Notes: a model not told the origin generated them from the sequence alone. Shown: positions 49,006-59,809, counted from the first letter of the stretch. The stretch: 64,000 bases of DNA from Spirochaetaceae bacterium (GCA_051531975.1 JAOPTT010000007.1:88985-152984), one strand, 5' to 3'. A program made the numbers and translations.

Positions 49006-50718
49006 ATGCTAGATACAAATCAAAATCGTCCTGATAATAAAACACCAGTTTTATGGGTTACAGAGGAAAAAGAGATTCCAATCAGACCTGAACATCCGGA
49101 ATTACTTCCTGAAAACGATTCTGATCATTGGTATGATCTTGAGTATGCTGGTTGGGGTGAAAAGAAGATAAATATACCGAAATCCCCAGCAAATGGTCCA
49201 AAGGGTAAAAATATTACTTGTTTAATGCCAGGACATATTCACCCGTATATGATTGCATATGAACATGGGATGAAAGCTATCGCTGATAAATTTAGAATTA
49301 ATTTGACATTTAAGTATTCAGAGTGGGGAGATGACGAACAACAGCAACAGGTATATCAAACTATTAGTGAAAATCCAGATTTAATAATAATAATTCCAAA
49401 TAGTTCTGATACTAGTTCATTATGGTTTCAAGACATTAACAAAGCTGGGATACCAGTTATCGCAAGTAACTTATTACCAGAATCTGGTGGATTTAAATAT
49501 TTATTATCATGGACTGGCCCAGATGACTGGCAACAAAGTAGAGTTTTGGCTAGAAAATTCGCTAAGCTTATGGATAATAAGGGTGGTTATGCGATTGTAT
49601 GTCATTTAGATGGGTGTTCAGCATATTATTCTAGAAAATGGGGTGTTGTCTCTGAACTTCATAAGATAGCTCCTGACATGGAAGTTCTTGAAATGGGTTC
49701 ATCAAATCTAGATACCGAAGAAACATATAAAATGACAAAAATATGGTTAGAAAAATATGGTGATAAACTTAATGGTATTTTTTGCTCAGATGATAGTAAT
49801 GTACAATTGGGAGTTAATAAAGCCATTTCAGAAATGGGGCGTTCAGATGTAACTTGTGTTGCTATTGGTAGCACAAATACTGGAATGCGATTATTAAAAG
49901 ATGGATCTTTGGATGCAATTACATTCCAAAAAGCAGACTTAGACGGGGCACTTCCTATTCAAGTTGCTGTAGATTGGTTTAATGGATTAAAAGTTTCTCC
50001 ACTTAGGTACCTACCTATTCATATTTTAACAAAAAATAATGTTTCAGACTTTGTTTTTAATTATGATAATCCAGAAGAAATTGACACAGATTATCTTTTA
50101 AGAATGATTATTGAATGTAATCGAGATGGTGTTTCTATCTTTTTTTCATCGATCATAACAAAATTCTCATCTATGGGTGTATTGTCAATCGACTATTTTA
50201 AAGGCTTTTCAATAGAGCTATTATCAAGTTTAATTAATATAGTAAAATCAAATAAACTTTCAGAAAAAGATGTTATTGGAGATTATGAGACAATTTTTAA
50301 GAAGCTCTTTAATCAACAAAGTACAGAATTAACCCTAGAGTGGTTAAAAGAAGTTTCATTAACTATAGTAGATGAGATCCAATCGAGTATTAAAGTTACT
50401 CCTAGTCTAATAAAACAGGTAGTAGAATATGTTAATGATAATTTTACAAAGCCTATATCATTAAAAACAATATCAAATACATTTGAGAACTCCGCCGCCT
50501 ATATAGGTAGGCTTTTTAAAGAAGAAACCGGTGAAAGTTTCTCAAAATATTTAAATAGACTTAGAATTGAGAAAGCAAAGGAGCTTTTATTAAATTCTAA
50601 TGTAAAAGCTAATAAAGTGGCTATTCAAGTTGGTTATGGTGATCCTAATTATTTTTATATAACATTTAAAAAATTTACTGGTCTATTTCCATCTGAATAT
50701 CTACATAGTCTTAAATAA
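49006..50718 (+). CDS. PBP1-AraC fusion regulator (paralogue B, tandem duplicate)
   Basis: Collinear and highly similar to 47181-48893, including the upstream ttgttctgcagtta. Confidence 0.9.
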   Translation: MLDTNQNRPDNKTPVLWVTEEKEIPIRPEHPELLPENDSDHWYDLEYAGWGEKKINIPKSPANGPKGKNITCLMPGHIHPYMIAYEHGMKAIADKFRINLTFKYSEWGDDEQQQQVYQTISENPDLIIIIPNSSDTSSLWFQDINKAGIPVIASNLLPESGGFKYLLSWTGPDDWQQSRVLARKFAKLMDNKGGYAIVCHLDGCSAYYSRKWGVVSELHKIAPDMEVLEMGSSNLDTEETYKMTKIWLEKYGDKLNGIFCSDDSNVQLGVNKAISEMGRSDVTCVAIGSTNTGMRLLKDGSLDAITFQKADLDGALPIQVAVDWFNGLKVSPLRYLPIHILTKNNVSDFVFNYDNPEEIDTDYLLRMIIECNRDGVSIFFSSIITKFSSMGVLSIDYFKGFSIELLSSLINIVKSNKLSEKDVIGDYETIFKKLFNQQSTELTLEWLKEVSLTIVDEIQSSIKVTPSLIKQVVEYVNDNFTKPISLKTISNTFENSAAYIGRLFKEETGESFSKYLNRLRIEKAKELLLNSNVKANKVAIQVGYGDPNYFYITFKKFTGLFPSEYLHSLK

Positions 50719-50826
50719 CATCGTTAATTAGGTTTTTAACTTGATAGTCCCAATAATTAGATCTCAAATAATCCAAAAGAATCGTAAAATATAATCAATT
50801 TATATAATTAAATCTTTTTATAGTAA

Positions 50827-50910
50827 TGATAATTGTTACTATATTTTTGTAAATTATTGCTATTTTTATGTAAATTATTACTGTTGTTTTGTAAATAAAC
50901 ACTGTTGTTG
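50827..50910. promoter_or_regulatory. 21-bp periodic direct repeats upstream of ABC operon
   Basis: TGATAATT/TGTAAATT/TGTAAATT/TGTAAATA starting at 50827, 50848, 50869 and 50890. Confidence 0.7.
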
Positions 50911-51026
50911 GTATAAAAATACAGGGCTATTATTAATTAACGCTAAAACAAAAAGATGAAAGTTTAATTGTTTTTATATGTTATTAAAAGAGCTTATTTT
51001 TGGAAGGAGACCAGAGGAAAATATGA

Positions 51027-52550
51027 ATGAGTAATAAGAATACTAAAAATGAGAAGACATTCGAAACAGCTCTTGAAATGAAAAGTGTCAGCAAGAAGTA
51101 TCCTGGTACACTTGCTGTCGATAGAGTGGATTTTGATATTAGACCTGGAGAAGTTCATGCGCTCCTTGGTGAGAACGGAGCTGGAAAATCAACATTGATG
51201 AAAATGCTTGCTGGTTCATTTAATGATTATACAGGTGATATCTATATGGGTTCTAATAAAGTGGATCTGCATACACCTGCACTATCAAAGAAGAATGGGA
51301 TTGAGATGATCTATCAGGAATTAAGCTTGGCACTGCCACTAACGATTGCCGAGAACGTTCTGGTCGGGCGACTGCCTAAAAATGGATTGTTACTGGATAA
51401 GAAAAAAATTGCTGAAGAAACAACACGTTGCCTTGAAAGAGTTGGTCTTGAACATCTTGATCCAAATCTTCAGATTGAAGAAATCAGTCAACATGAGGGG
51501 CAGTTGGTTGAAATAGCCAAAGCTTTGGGAAATAATCCCTCTATTCTTGTAATGGATGAGCCTACATCAGCCCTTTCCCGTGAAGAAGTGGGAAGATTAT
51601 TTACAATAATTCACAATCTAAAAGAAAATGGATTAGCAATTGTATATATTTCTCATCATCTTCCAGAAATATTTGAAGTAGCAGACAGAGTGACTGTACT
51701 CAGAGATGGAAAGAAAATCGGAACAAATGATATTGCCGATGTTACAAGTGAATCACTTGTTCAGATGATGGTTGGAAAATCTGTTGCAGATTTTTATTCT
51801 TTTAAAGACCATACCCAAAAAATAGAAAGGCTTAAAGTTGAAGGTTTAACCCGTTATGGATTCTTTCACGATGTTTCATTTAATGCATATAAAGGGGAAG
51901 TCCTTGGGATATGCGGATTATCCGGAGCGGGAAGAAGTGAATTGGGTAGATCTCTTGTTGGTCTTGATGAAAGGCATACCGGTGAAGTTTATCTCGATGG
52001 TGTAGAGTTTAAACCTTCCCATATCTCTAAGTCTGTTGAGCAGGGTTTGGTTTATTTGACTGAAAACAGAAAAACAGAAGGTCTTGCTCTGCGATTGGAC
52101 ATAAAAGATAATACTCTGGTAAGTATTATTCCTAAGTTGGCTAAAAATGGAATATATAAATCAAACGATGGTGATAAAATATTAGATGATCTGATAAAAG
52201 AGCTCTCTATTTATCCCCCAGATCCTTCAAGGACTGTCGGTAATCTCTCTGGTGGAAATCAGCAGAAAGTTCTTCTGGCAAAGTGGATGGCTTGTAAAGC
52301 AAAAGTTTTAATTCTTGATGAACCAACACGAGGTGTAGACATTGGAGCAAAAATGACTATACATAAATCGATAGAAGTTTTGGCCAAAAATGGAAGCACA
52401 ATCATATTGATCTCATCTGACCTTCCAGAACTTGTCTCTCTTTCCAGCAGGGTATTGATTATGCGGAAAGGGCGAATAATTAAAGATATGGCAAAAATGG
52501 AATGCACTGAAGAAAGTGTTCTTCTAGCTGCTAATGGTGAGAATATTTAG
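51027..52550 (+). CDS. Sugar ABC transporter ATPase (RbsA-type)
   Basis: GENGAGKST, DEPTS, LSGGNQQK, DEPTRGVD. Confidence 0.96.
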   Translation: MSNKNTKNEKTFETALEMKSVSKKYPGTLAVDRVDFDIRPGEVHALLGENGAGKSTLMKMLAGSFNDYTGDIYMGSNKVDLHTPALSKKNGIEMIYQELSLALPLTIAENVLVGRLPKNGLLLDKKKIAEETTRCLERVGLEHLDPNLQIEEISQHEGQLVEIAKALGNNPSILVMDEPTSALSREEVGRLFTIIHNLKENGLAIVYISHHLPEIFEVADRVTVLRDGKKIGTNDIADVTSESLVQMMVGKSVADFYSFKDHTQKIERLKVEGLTRYGFFHDVSFNAYKGEVLGICGLSGAGRSELGRSLVGLDERHTGEVYLDGVEFKPSHISKSVEQGLVYLTENRKTEGLALRLDIKDNTLVSIIPKLAKNGIYKSNDGDKILDDLIKELSIYPPDPSRTVGNLSGGNQQKVLLAKWMACKAKVLILDEPTRGVDIGAKMTIHKSIEVLAKNGSTIILISSDLPELVSLSSRVLIMRKGRIIKDMAKMECTEESVLLAANGENI

Positions 52551-52552
52551 TT

Positions 52553-53611
52553 ATGGAGAGTACATTAGTGAGTGATGATTCAAACATTAAAAATAATATA
52601 AAAGATAAAAGGGCAACGAAATTAAATTTTTTAGGAAAAGTTTTAAATAGTTCAGGAATATATGCTATTGCAATACTTTTTCTCCTGTTGGGAATTTTAC
52701 TTCAAAGCCTGGGTATTATCAACAGTTTTTTAACAGCAACAAATTTTCTGAATATACTCGATGCAGTAACGCTACTTGGTATTGTTGCAGTAGGTATGGG
52801 GTTTGTCACCTTTTCAGGACATTATGCTGATATGTCAGTTCCTACGACAATGGCATTTACAGGGATTATCTGTGTACAGATGCTTCAATTCGGTTTTATA
52901 CCGGCTTTAATCATAACATTTTTGTTTGGAGCGGTTATTGGATTGATAAATGCAATTGCGATCGGGAAATATAAAGCTAACCCTATTATTTGGACGTTAT
53001 CAATAAATTTTGTAACTATGGGAATCATTCGTCTGGTCTGGGCAAATAAACAGATTTATCCGGATTTTGTAGCCAATACGCAAAGAACCAGTGATCTTTT
53101 CGATAATATTTACAGGTACAGGTTTTTTGGAAAAATTTCTCTGCCTCTTGTTCTGCTGATAATTCTAGTAATTCTGTTGAATTTTGTAATGAAAAAAACG
53201 AAATACGGTGCTCAGCTTAAGATGACCGGAGCAGCTAAAAAAGCTGCTGGTTTTTCAGGGATTAAAACAGAATTTATTATTGGAATGGCATTTATGATAT
53301 GTGCATTAACCGCTACGTTGGGAGGAATCGTTCTTACTTCACTTACTCGTGTAGGATACATAAACAATGGAGTCGGGTTTGATTTCCAAGCGGTAACAGC
53401 GATAGTTATCGGAGGTATGACTCTGGCCGGTGGACGGGGAACAGTTATAGGAGTAATCGGTGGTGTTCTTGTTATGGGTTTGATGAATAACATTTTGACA
53501 CTTCTTGGAGTCGGTACTTTTTCACAGGATATAATACGTGGAACGATATTTATTCTCGTAGTCGGCTTGAATGCCAAATCATTAAGAAGTATGGGGCGTG
53601 ATGATGCTTAA
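52553..53611 (+). CDS. Sugar ABC permease (RbsC-type)
   Basis: Multi-TM, DMSV, AIVIGGMTLAGGRG. Confidence 0.93.
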   Translation: MESTLVSDDSNIKNNIKDKRATKLNFLGKVLNSSGIYAIAILFLLLGILLQSLGIINSFLTATNFLNILDAVTLLGIVAVGMGFVTFSGHYADMSVPTTMAFTGIICVQMLQFGFIPALIITFLFGAVIGLINAIAIGKYKANPIIWTLSINFVTMGIIRLVWANKQIYPDFVANTQRTSDLFDNIYRYRFFGKISLPLVLLIILVILLNFVMKKTKYGAQLKMTGAAKKAAGFSGIKTEFIIGMAFMICALTATLGGIVLTSLTRVGYINNGVGFDFQAVTAIVIGGMTLAGGRGTVIGVIGGVLVMGLMNNILTLLGVGTFSQDIIRGTIFILVVGLNAKSLRSMGRDDA

Positions 53612-54632
53612 AAAAAATAAAAATAATAGTAAAATGCTGAAATTTATAGATAAGAATAGAATATATTTTATTTTCTTATTCGTATTTCTTTTCATGTCTC
53701 TCTTTGCACCGCGGTTTTTGAATGTATTCAATCTGACAACTGTAACAAAAACAATGGCTATGAATGCTACAGTGGCGATCGGTTTTACATTAGTTTTCAT
53801 AATCGGGCAATTGGATCTTTCCATTGGAACCATTATGACTTTTTCTGCCGTAATTGGATTGAGTATGAAACAATATATAGGATTTGGTGGAAGTGTGCCT
53901 TTGGCTATTGTTGCAGGAGGTTTGATCGGGTTGATCAATGGACTACTTGTTGCTAAGGCGAAAATAAGTTCTTTTATTGTAACCCTGGGTATGATGACGA
54001 TTCTTACAGGGGTCATCTATACTATGACAGGTGGAAACTCTGTCAGTCTCTCATCGGACGATGCATTTGCGGTTTCTGATTTTCTGGGGGAAATGATTTT
54101 TCCTTTTGTTACTCCAAGAGTTTTAATCGCCATTATTCTGGTTATAGTCGTTTCGATTTTTCTTAATAGAACCAGAACTGGACGTAACTTTTATATGGTC
54201 GGTGGTAACAAACAGACTGCCTGGCTGGCGGGTATCAACACAGATAAATACATCATAGCAACATTTATTATATCGGGAGTATTTGCTGGTATTGGTGGGG
54301 TGCTATTTGCAATGGAAAGTGCCGCAGCACCATTGAATCTCGGAACATCATCTTTAATGTACATAATATCTGCAACCATAATAGGTGGGACAGCAATGTC
54401 CGGAGGTAAAGGTGGAGTTTTTAAAACTTTCGTAGCCATACTAATGCTAGAAGTTCTTTATAATGGAATTATCCTTTTTGGTCTCGGAAATGAAATTAAA
54501 ATTTTTATAGCAGGTTTTATTCTGGCTGCAGTTGTTATGAATGAAGCAATAGTTATGTATAAACATGAAAAAATTCTTGGCCGGAGGCCGGAATTGATGA
54601 AAGAATTAGAAAAGGTCCAAAATAAGGGTTAA
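53598..54632 (+). CDS. Sugar ABC permease (RbsC-type)
   Basis: DLSIG, FIVTLG, IIGGTAMSGGKG. Confidence 0.93.
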   Translation: MMMLKKNKNNSKMLKFIDKNRIYFIFLFVFLFMSLFAPRFLNVFNLTTVTKTMAMNATVAIGFTLVFIIGQLDLSIGTIMTFSAVIGLSMKQYIGFGGSVPLAIVAGGLIGLINGLLVAKAKISSFIVTLGMMTILTGVIYTMTGGNSVSLSSDDAFAVSDFLGEMIFPFVTPRVLIAIILVIVVSIFLNRTRTGRNFYMVGGNKQTAWLAGINTDKYIIATFIISGVFAGIGGVLFAMESAAAPLNLGTSSLMYIISATIIGGTAMSGGKGGVFKTFVAILMLEVLYNGIILFGLGNEIKIFIAGFILAAVVMNEAIVMYKHEKILGRRPELMKELEKVQNKG

Positions 54633-54673
54633 TACCCTTTGGAAATATAAGCATATAAAAAAACGGAGGAAGA

Positions 54674-55870
54674 ATGAAAAAGTTTACGACAATTTTGTTA
54701 AGCATGATTTTGATGCTAGCAGTTACTGGAAGTGTCTTTGCAAACGGACAAAAAGAAGAAAGTGTAACAGCTGTGGATGGACGTGATAATCTTGCAGCAT
54801 CTTTAGCAGTTGATGCATCAGCACTGTTAGCAGCTGATAACCAACAGTTAATTAAACTAGGAGGTGCTGGACGTGTAGTACCTGCAAGACCAGCAGACCC
54901 TTCAGCATTACCAGAAACTGATCCACTACATTGGTGGGACATGGAATTTGCCGGAGAAATTAGCAATAAGACTAATATTCCAGAATCTCCAGCTGACGGA
55001 GCTATTGGAAAGAAAATTACAATGATTGTTCATGGAGACCATCCCTGGACTACTGCTTGTACTAATGGTGCTCAGAAAGTTGCTGATGCCTATAGTATGA
55101 ATCTTAAGATCCAGTCTCCGAACTGGGATCTTGCGGTTCAAAATCAGATGATTGACCAGGCGATTAACGAAAGACCGGATATGATTTTATTGATTCCTCT
55201 AGATGCTAAAACAGCTCTTCAGCAGGCAAGAAAAATAAACAAGGCTGGAATTCCTCTAATCTTGTTCAATACACTTCCTGAAGCAAAAGCAATGGATTAT
55301 GCAATTAGTTGGACTGGTCCGGATGATTTTGGACAATCAAGAAAAATTGCAAAATTTTGGGCAGATGCACTTGGAAAGAAGGGTGGAGTTGCTTTTGTTC
55401 AGCATAATCCTGGATCTTCTCCATATTTTGCAAGATGTTTTGGACCTGTCTCTACATTAGCTGAGTATGCACCGGATATCGAAGTTCTGGATATGCAGTC
55501 ACCTGGATTTGATGCTCAAAAAACTTTGCAACTTGTTTCTGACTGGATTACTAGATTTGGTGATGAGCTAACAGGAATTTACGTAGCAGATGATTCATCC
55601 CATGCATTAGGTGTTGCCGAAGCTCTTAAAAAAGCTGGGAGAGAAGACATTATTGTAGTTGGGGCTGGAAATAGTAAAGTAGGTATGGACCTTGTAAAAG
55701 ATGGTGGTATAGCCGGTATTACTTATCAGACAGCAGAAGGTGATGGTGCTTTATCAGTATTGACTGCAGCTGATTGGTTTAATGGTAAGGATGTTCCTGC
55801 TATTAGAAATATTCCTCAGCAAATAATTACAGTTGATAATGTTGATACTTTTTACCCTCCCCAATGGTAG
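54674..55870 (+). CDS. Sugar ABC solute-binding protein
   Basis: Signal ...VFANGQKEE, HWWDMEFAG, HPW, SWTGPDD, AADWFNG. Confidence 0.93.
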   Translation: MKKFTTILLSMILMLAVTGSVFANGQKEESVTAVDGRDNLAASLAVDASALLAADNQQLIKLGGAGRVVPARPADPSALPETDPLHWWDMEFAGEISNKTNIPESPADGAIGKKITMIVHGDHPWTTACTNGAQKVADAYSMNLKIQSPNWDLAVQNQMIDQAINERPDMILLIPLDAKTALQQARKINKAGIPLILFNTLPEAKAMDYAISWTGPDDFGQSRKIAKFWADALGKKGGVAFVQHNPGSSPYFARCFGPVSTLAEYAPDIEVLDMQSPGFDAQKTLQLVSDWITRFGDELTGIYVADDSSHALGVAEALKKAGREDIIVVGAGNSKVGMDLVKDGGIAGITYQTAEGDGALSVLTAADWFNGKDVPAIRNIPQQIITVDNVDTFYPPQW

Positions 55871-55900
55871 GTAGATCAGAAGTTTAGTTGATTTTATATA

Positions 55901-55928
55901 GGCCATGAGGAAACTCATGGCTTTTTTA
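55901..55928 (+). terminator. Intrinsic terminator
   Basis: GGCCATGAG-GAAA-CTCATGGCT followed by a T-tract. Confidence 0.9.
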
Positions 55929-56102
55929 TCTTTTGTAAAAATAACAGTAATTTTTAGTTCTGAAATTAGTGTAGGTTTTATTGTAAATAATTGAGTTGTT
56001 GACAGATCCCTTTAAGAGAATATATCAGTATTAGGGTGGCTGGAAATATATAGTGAGTAATACTTCAGTATTTCCGGAAGTGTTTATCAATTAGGAGGAA
56101 CA

Positions 56103-57911
56103 GTGTTTAAAAATCTATCTATTAAAAATAAATTACTTTTCGGATTTATTACTATTCTATTTTCCAATCTTATTCTTGTTGGGATTTTATTTTTTGTAAT
56201 GAATGAAGCCAAAGGTGGTTTAGATGAATATCAACGATTTTCAGCGCTTAAAAGAGAATTGAATCTCATTGAAAATAATATTCACAACTTAAATTTATCT
56301 GTTAAAGATTTACTGCTTTTAAATCGAGATGTAAATAAAAGAGCTGTTGATAGATACCTTAGTGAAACTGAAGGACTTTTTATAGAGATTCGTAAATTTG
56401 AGAATGATTATGTAAATGAAAGCATATTATTCGCAGAAGAGATGTATCTGGATTATGTAAAAAATATTAAAAAAATCAGAGACTCACATTCAAATAAATC
56501 ATTTCATGAAAATGATCTTTTTAATTTAAATTCAGTGCGGAATTCTATACTGACAGCTGTTCGTGATATATATCAGTTCATAAATGATTATGAAAATGAG
56601 ATTGATGCAACAATTGACCAGAATTTTAAGAGGCTATTTACTATAACACTTTTTATAGCTTTATTTTTTATAGTTATTTCAATAGTATTTATTTTGCTTC
56701 TGGCGGGATGGATTTCAACACCTCTTCTCAGGATTTCCAATAACCTCTCTGAAATATCTCAAGGAGAAGGAGACTTGATCAGTAAATTACCTGTTAATAG
56801 TAGTGATGAAATAGGTACTTTGTCATTGTATTTTAACCGGTTTACGGGGAAGCTTCATCAAACAATTTCTAAATTAAAAGAAGCAGTTGTCGGTAGCAAA
56901 GTTCAAAGTAGTGATTTAGCTGCAAGAAGTGGGGAGATCTCTGCAGCACTAGAGCAAATTAGAGCTAATATTCATTCGATTTCGAATCACAGCCATTTAT
57001 TGTATAAAGATACAGAAGTGGTAGATAATTTGATTTCTGCTATTATCGTGGAAGTTACAACTATCAAATCTCAAATAGATCTACAGTCTTCAAGTGCTAT
57101 ACGATCATCAGCTTCGATTGAAGAACTCGTCGCTTCGATTAAAAATTTAAGTCAGGTTTCAGAAGAGAAAAGTATTCTGGCTTCTTCTATTTCCAATTCT
57201 TCAAAAAGCAATATGGAGATGATGAAAAAAGCCTTTGATTCTGTTCGTGGAATAGCAGTATCTGTTGATTTGATTCAGGATTTTATAAAAATAATTAATC
57301 AGGTTGCATCCCAAACAAGTTTACTGGCTATGAACGCGGCCATAGAGGCGGCACATGCAGGAGATGCGGGAAGTGGGTTTTCAGTTGTAGCCGATGAAAT
57401 TAGAAAACTTTCTGAAGCGACAACAGTAAATGCCAAAAATATATCCACAAACTTAAAATCTGTTATAACACAAATCGATGATTCTACTAAACTAAATAGC
57501 CAACTTGAAGAATCAATGGGTGAGGTTTCCACAGGAATCCAGTCAGTATCAAATAGTTTTAATGAGATGAACGCGAGCTTATTGGAAATGAGTGCTGGAA
57601 CTCAGGAAGTCTCTACTGCAACTATGGGTCTTGTCAACTCGGCAGATCAGGTAAGCAGTTCTATTCTTAAAATTGATGATAATATTGCTGATGTATCAAA
57701 GAACTTCAATCATGTTAAAGGTCTGACCCATGATAATTCCCAGTCGATTGATGAATTATCAACAGGGATTAAGGACATAGCCTCGACAATGGTAATTATT
57801 GCCGAACTAGGGGATGAAAATAGTAGAAACATTGAATTTATGTATGATGAATTGTCCCGTTTCAAAACTCTCGATAGTAAAGAAAATCCGGTAACAGATG
57901 GTAAATCATGA
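56103..57911 (+). CDS. Methyl-accepting chemotaxis protein
   Basis: Two TMs, [46 protein letters not shown]. Confidence 0.95.
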   Translation: MFKNLSIKNKLLFGFITILFSNLILVGILFFVMNEAKGGLDEYQRFSALKRELNLIENNIHNLNLSVKDLLLLNRDVNKRAVDRYLSETEGLFIEIRKFENDYVNESILFAEEMYLDYVKNIKKIRDSHSNKSFHENDLFNLNSVRNSILTAVRDIYQFINDYENEIDATIDQNFKRLFTITLFIALFFIVISIVFILLLAGWISTPLLRISNNLSEISQGEGDLISKLPVNSSDEIGTLSLYFNRFTGKLHQTISKLKEAVVGSKVQSSDLAARSGEISAALEQIRANIHSISNHSHLLYKDTEVVDNLISAIIVEVTTIKSQIDLQSSSAIRSSASIEELVASIKNLSQVSEEKSILASSISNSSKSNMEMMKKAFDSVRGIAVSVDLIQDFIKIINQVASQTSLLAMNAAIEAAHAGDAGSGFSVVADEIRKLSEATTVNAKNISTNLKSVITQIDDSTKLNSQLEESMGEVSTGIQSVSNSFNEMNASLLEMSAGTQEVSTATMGLVNSADQVSSSILKIDDNIADVSKNFNHVKGLTHDNSQSIDELSTGIKDIASTMVIIAELGDENSRNIEFMYDELSRFKTLDSKENPVTDGKS

Positions 57912-58068
57912 AACCTATACAAGCTCAATTAGATTATCGAAATATGTAGAATGTTGGGCTGATATGACCTAGGTATTAGTATGTACGCGGTAGGAAATAA
58001 TACTGGCGGAGAAACTGGGTAAGTTTATTAAAAGAATTGGTGAGTATGTAATTGAAATGACAAAAGCT
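57904..58068 (+). pseudogene. Collapsed relic copy of the rhaM 3' end and two pieces of the URO-D-like gene
   Basis: 57904-57967 matches 58347-58412; 57971-58013 matches 58502-58544; 58009-58068 matches 59124-59183. Confidence 0.85.
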
Positions 58069-58110
58069 AACCATTAAGTAGTTAAGCAATTAAATAATAA
58101 AGGAATTAAA

Positions 58111-58434
58111 ATGAAAAGATATGGACAACTAATTGGATTAAAAAGTGAGTTCTATGATTTGTATTGTGAATATCATAGTAATATTTGGCCGGAGGTTGAA
58201 AAAAAAATTAGCGAGTGTAATATCACAAACTACTCTATTTTCCACATCAATGGACTACTGTTTTCGTATTATGAATATACGGGTATAAATTTTGATTCTG
58301 ATATGAAAAAAATGGCTGATGATACAAAGACCCAGGAGTGGTGGGCAATCATGAAACCTATACAAGCTCCATTAGATTATCGAAAAGATGGAGAATGGTG
58401 GGCTGATATGAACGAAGTATTCCATCAGGATTAG
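58111..58434 (+). CDS. rhaM: L-rhamnose mutarotase family
   Basis: YCEYHSNIWPEV, NYSIF, LFSYYEY, WWAIM, MNEVFH. Confidence 0.88.
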   Translation: MKRYGQLIGLKSEFYDLYCEYHSNIWPEVEKKISECNITNYSIFHINGLLFSYYEYTGINFDSDMKKMADDTKTQEWWAIMKPIQAPLDYRKDGEWWADMNEVFHQD

Positions 58435-58472
58435 ATATATTTAAAAGTGCTTAAATTTAAGGGAGGTAGAAA

Positions 58473-59714
58473 ATGAAAGATAGAGAAATATTAGTTGGCG
58501 AAGGTATTAGTATGTTCGCAGCAGGAAACAGTGCTGGTGGAGAATTGAAAAGAACGCCTAACTGTGAGAAAAAACTCGATAGGATGAATAAAACACTGAG
58601 ACACGAAGAGGCCGATCAAATTCCTGTTAGTGACTTCTTTTGGGGACAGTTTATAGAGCGATGGAAAAAGGATCTTAATCTTACACAGGACGCTGATATT
58701 TACAAATATTATGATCTTGACTGGATTACTACCGTCCCTAATATGGATCCTCATATTAAGAACTTTGAATTTATTAAAAACACACCTGAAGAAGTAATTG
58801 TTAGAACAGGTTACGAAGCAGAAATCACAAAAAATATGTCAATAACCATGCCAGCTTTTACAAAGTTTCATACCGATACTATAGAAAAAATGGAAGCCTT
58901 TGAATTTGACGATCCCTGGGATAAAAGACGATATTTTAGTGCAGGTGATAATCAAATAGCTGGTGTCGGAGATGGTTTTGCTCTAAATTCTCCTGCTTGG
59001 GTCGATACTGTGAAATCTCTTTACAATGACTATCCAGTATATGGTAGTATTTGCGAAGCTCATGAACAGGGCTGGCGAATAATCGGCTCTGAAAATATGA
59101 TGTTATGGATGGGGTTATACCCTGAGAAATTAGGTAAATTTATTAAAAGAGTTGGTGAGTATTTAATTGAAATGGCAAAAGCTCAGATTGCAGCTGCTGA
59201 CGGTCTTTTGTCAGGGATGGTTATCTGGGGGGATGTCGCTTATGTTAACGGGATGTTATTTTCTCCTGATTATTGGAGAGAGCATTTTAAACCTATAGTT
59301 GCTGAAATAATTAATGTCTGTCATAAAAGTAATATACCAGTTATATATCATGGATGTGGGGATGCAAGGGCTATTTATCAGGATTATATTGATATTGGAC
59401 TTGATTCTTATAATCCACTTGAAGCAAAAGCGGGACTGGATGTTGTAGATATACGTAGAGATTATGGGCACAAAATGGGATTCTGTGGAAATATGGATGT
59501 AATGGAATGGGCTGATCTACCTATGGATGAATTAAAAGCATATGTACTTAGAAAATTAAACGTCGGAAAAGGTGGAGGATTTATATTTCAATCAGATCAC
59601 TCTGTTCCCCATTCAGTTTCTGGTGAAAGATATGATTATGTTGTGAAACTTGTTCGAGAATATGGTAAATATCCTCTGAAACTTGGTGAGTTTGATATTC
59701 CTGATCTTTCTTAA
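58473..59714 (+). CDS. URO-D/MtaA-like TIM-barrel protein
   Basis: WGDVAY..GMLFSPDYWRE, YHGCG, NPLE, GFCGNMD, GGFIFQSDH. Confidence 0.85.
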   Translation: MKDREILVGEGISMFAAGNSAGGELKRTPNCEKKLDRMNKTLRHEEADQIPVSDFFWGQFIERWKKDLNLTQDADIYKYYDLDWITTVPNMDPHIKNFEFIKNTPEEVIVRTGYEAEITKNMSITMPAFTKFHTDTIEKMEAFEFDDPWDKRRYFSAGDNQIAGVGDGFALNSPAWVDTVKSLYNDYPVYGSICEAHEQGWRIIGSENMMLWMGLYPEKLGKFIKRVGEYLIEMAKAQIAAADGLLSGMVIWGDVAYVNGMLFSPDYWREHFKPIVAEIINVCHKSNIPVIYHGCGDARAIYQDYIDIGLDSYNPLEAKAGLDVVDIRRDYGHKMGFCGNMDVMEWADLPMDELKAYVLRKLNVGKGGGFIFQSDHSVPHSVSGERYDYVVKLVREYGKYPLKLGEFDIPDLS

Positions 59715-59733
59715 GAATATCAGTTTAAAATTA

Positions 59734-59764
59734 AAGTACTATGGTGTTTGATACCATAGTACTT
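59734..59764. terminator. Hairpin between convergent URO-D-like genes
   Basis: aagtactatggt / accatagtactt inverted repeat. Confidence 0.65.
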
Positions 59765-59809
59765 CCTAGTTCATTTCAGATGTACTACCAGTCCACAACA
59801 TGAATGTGT

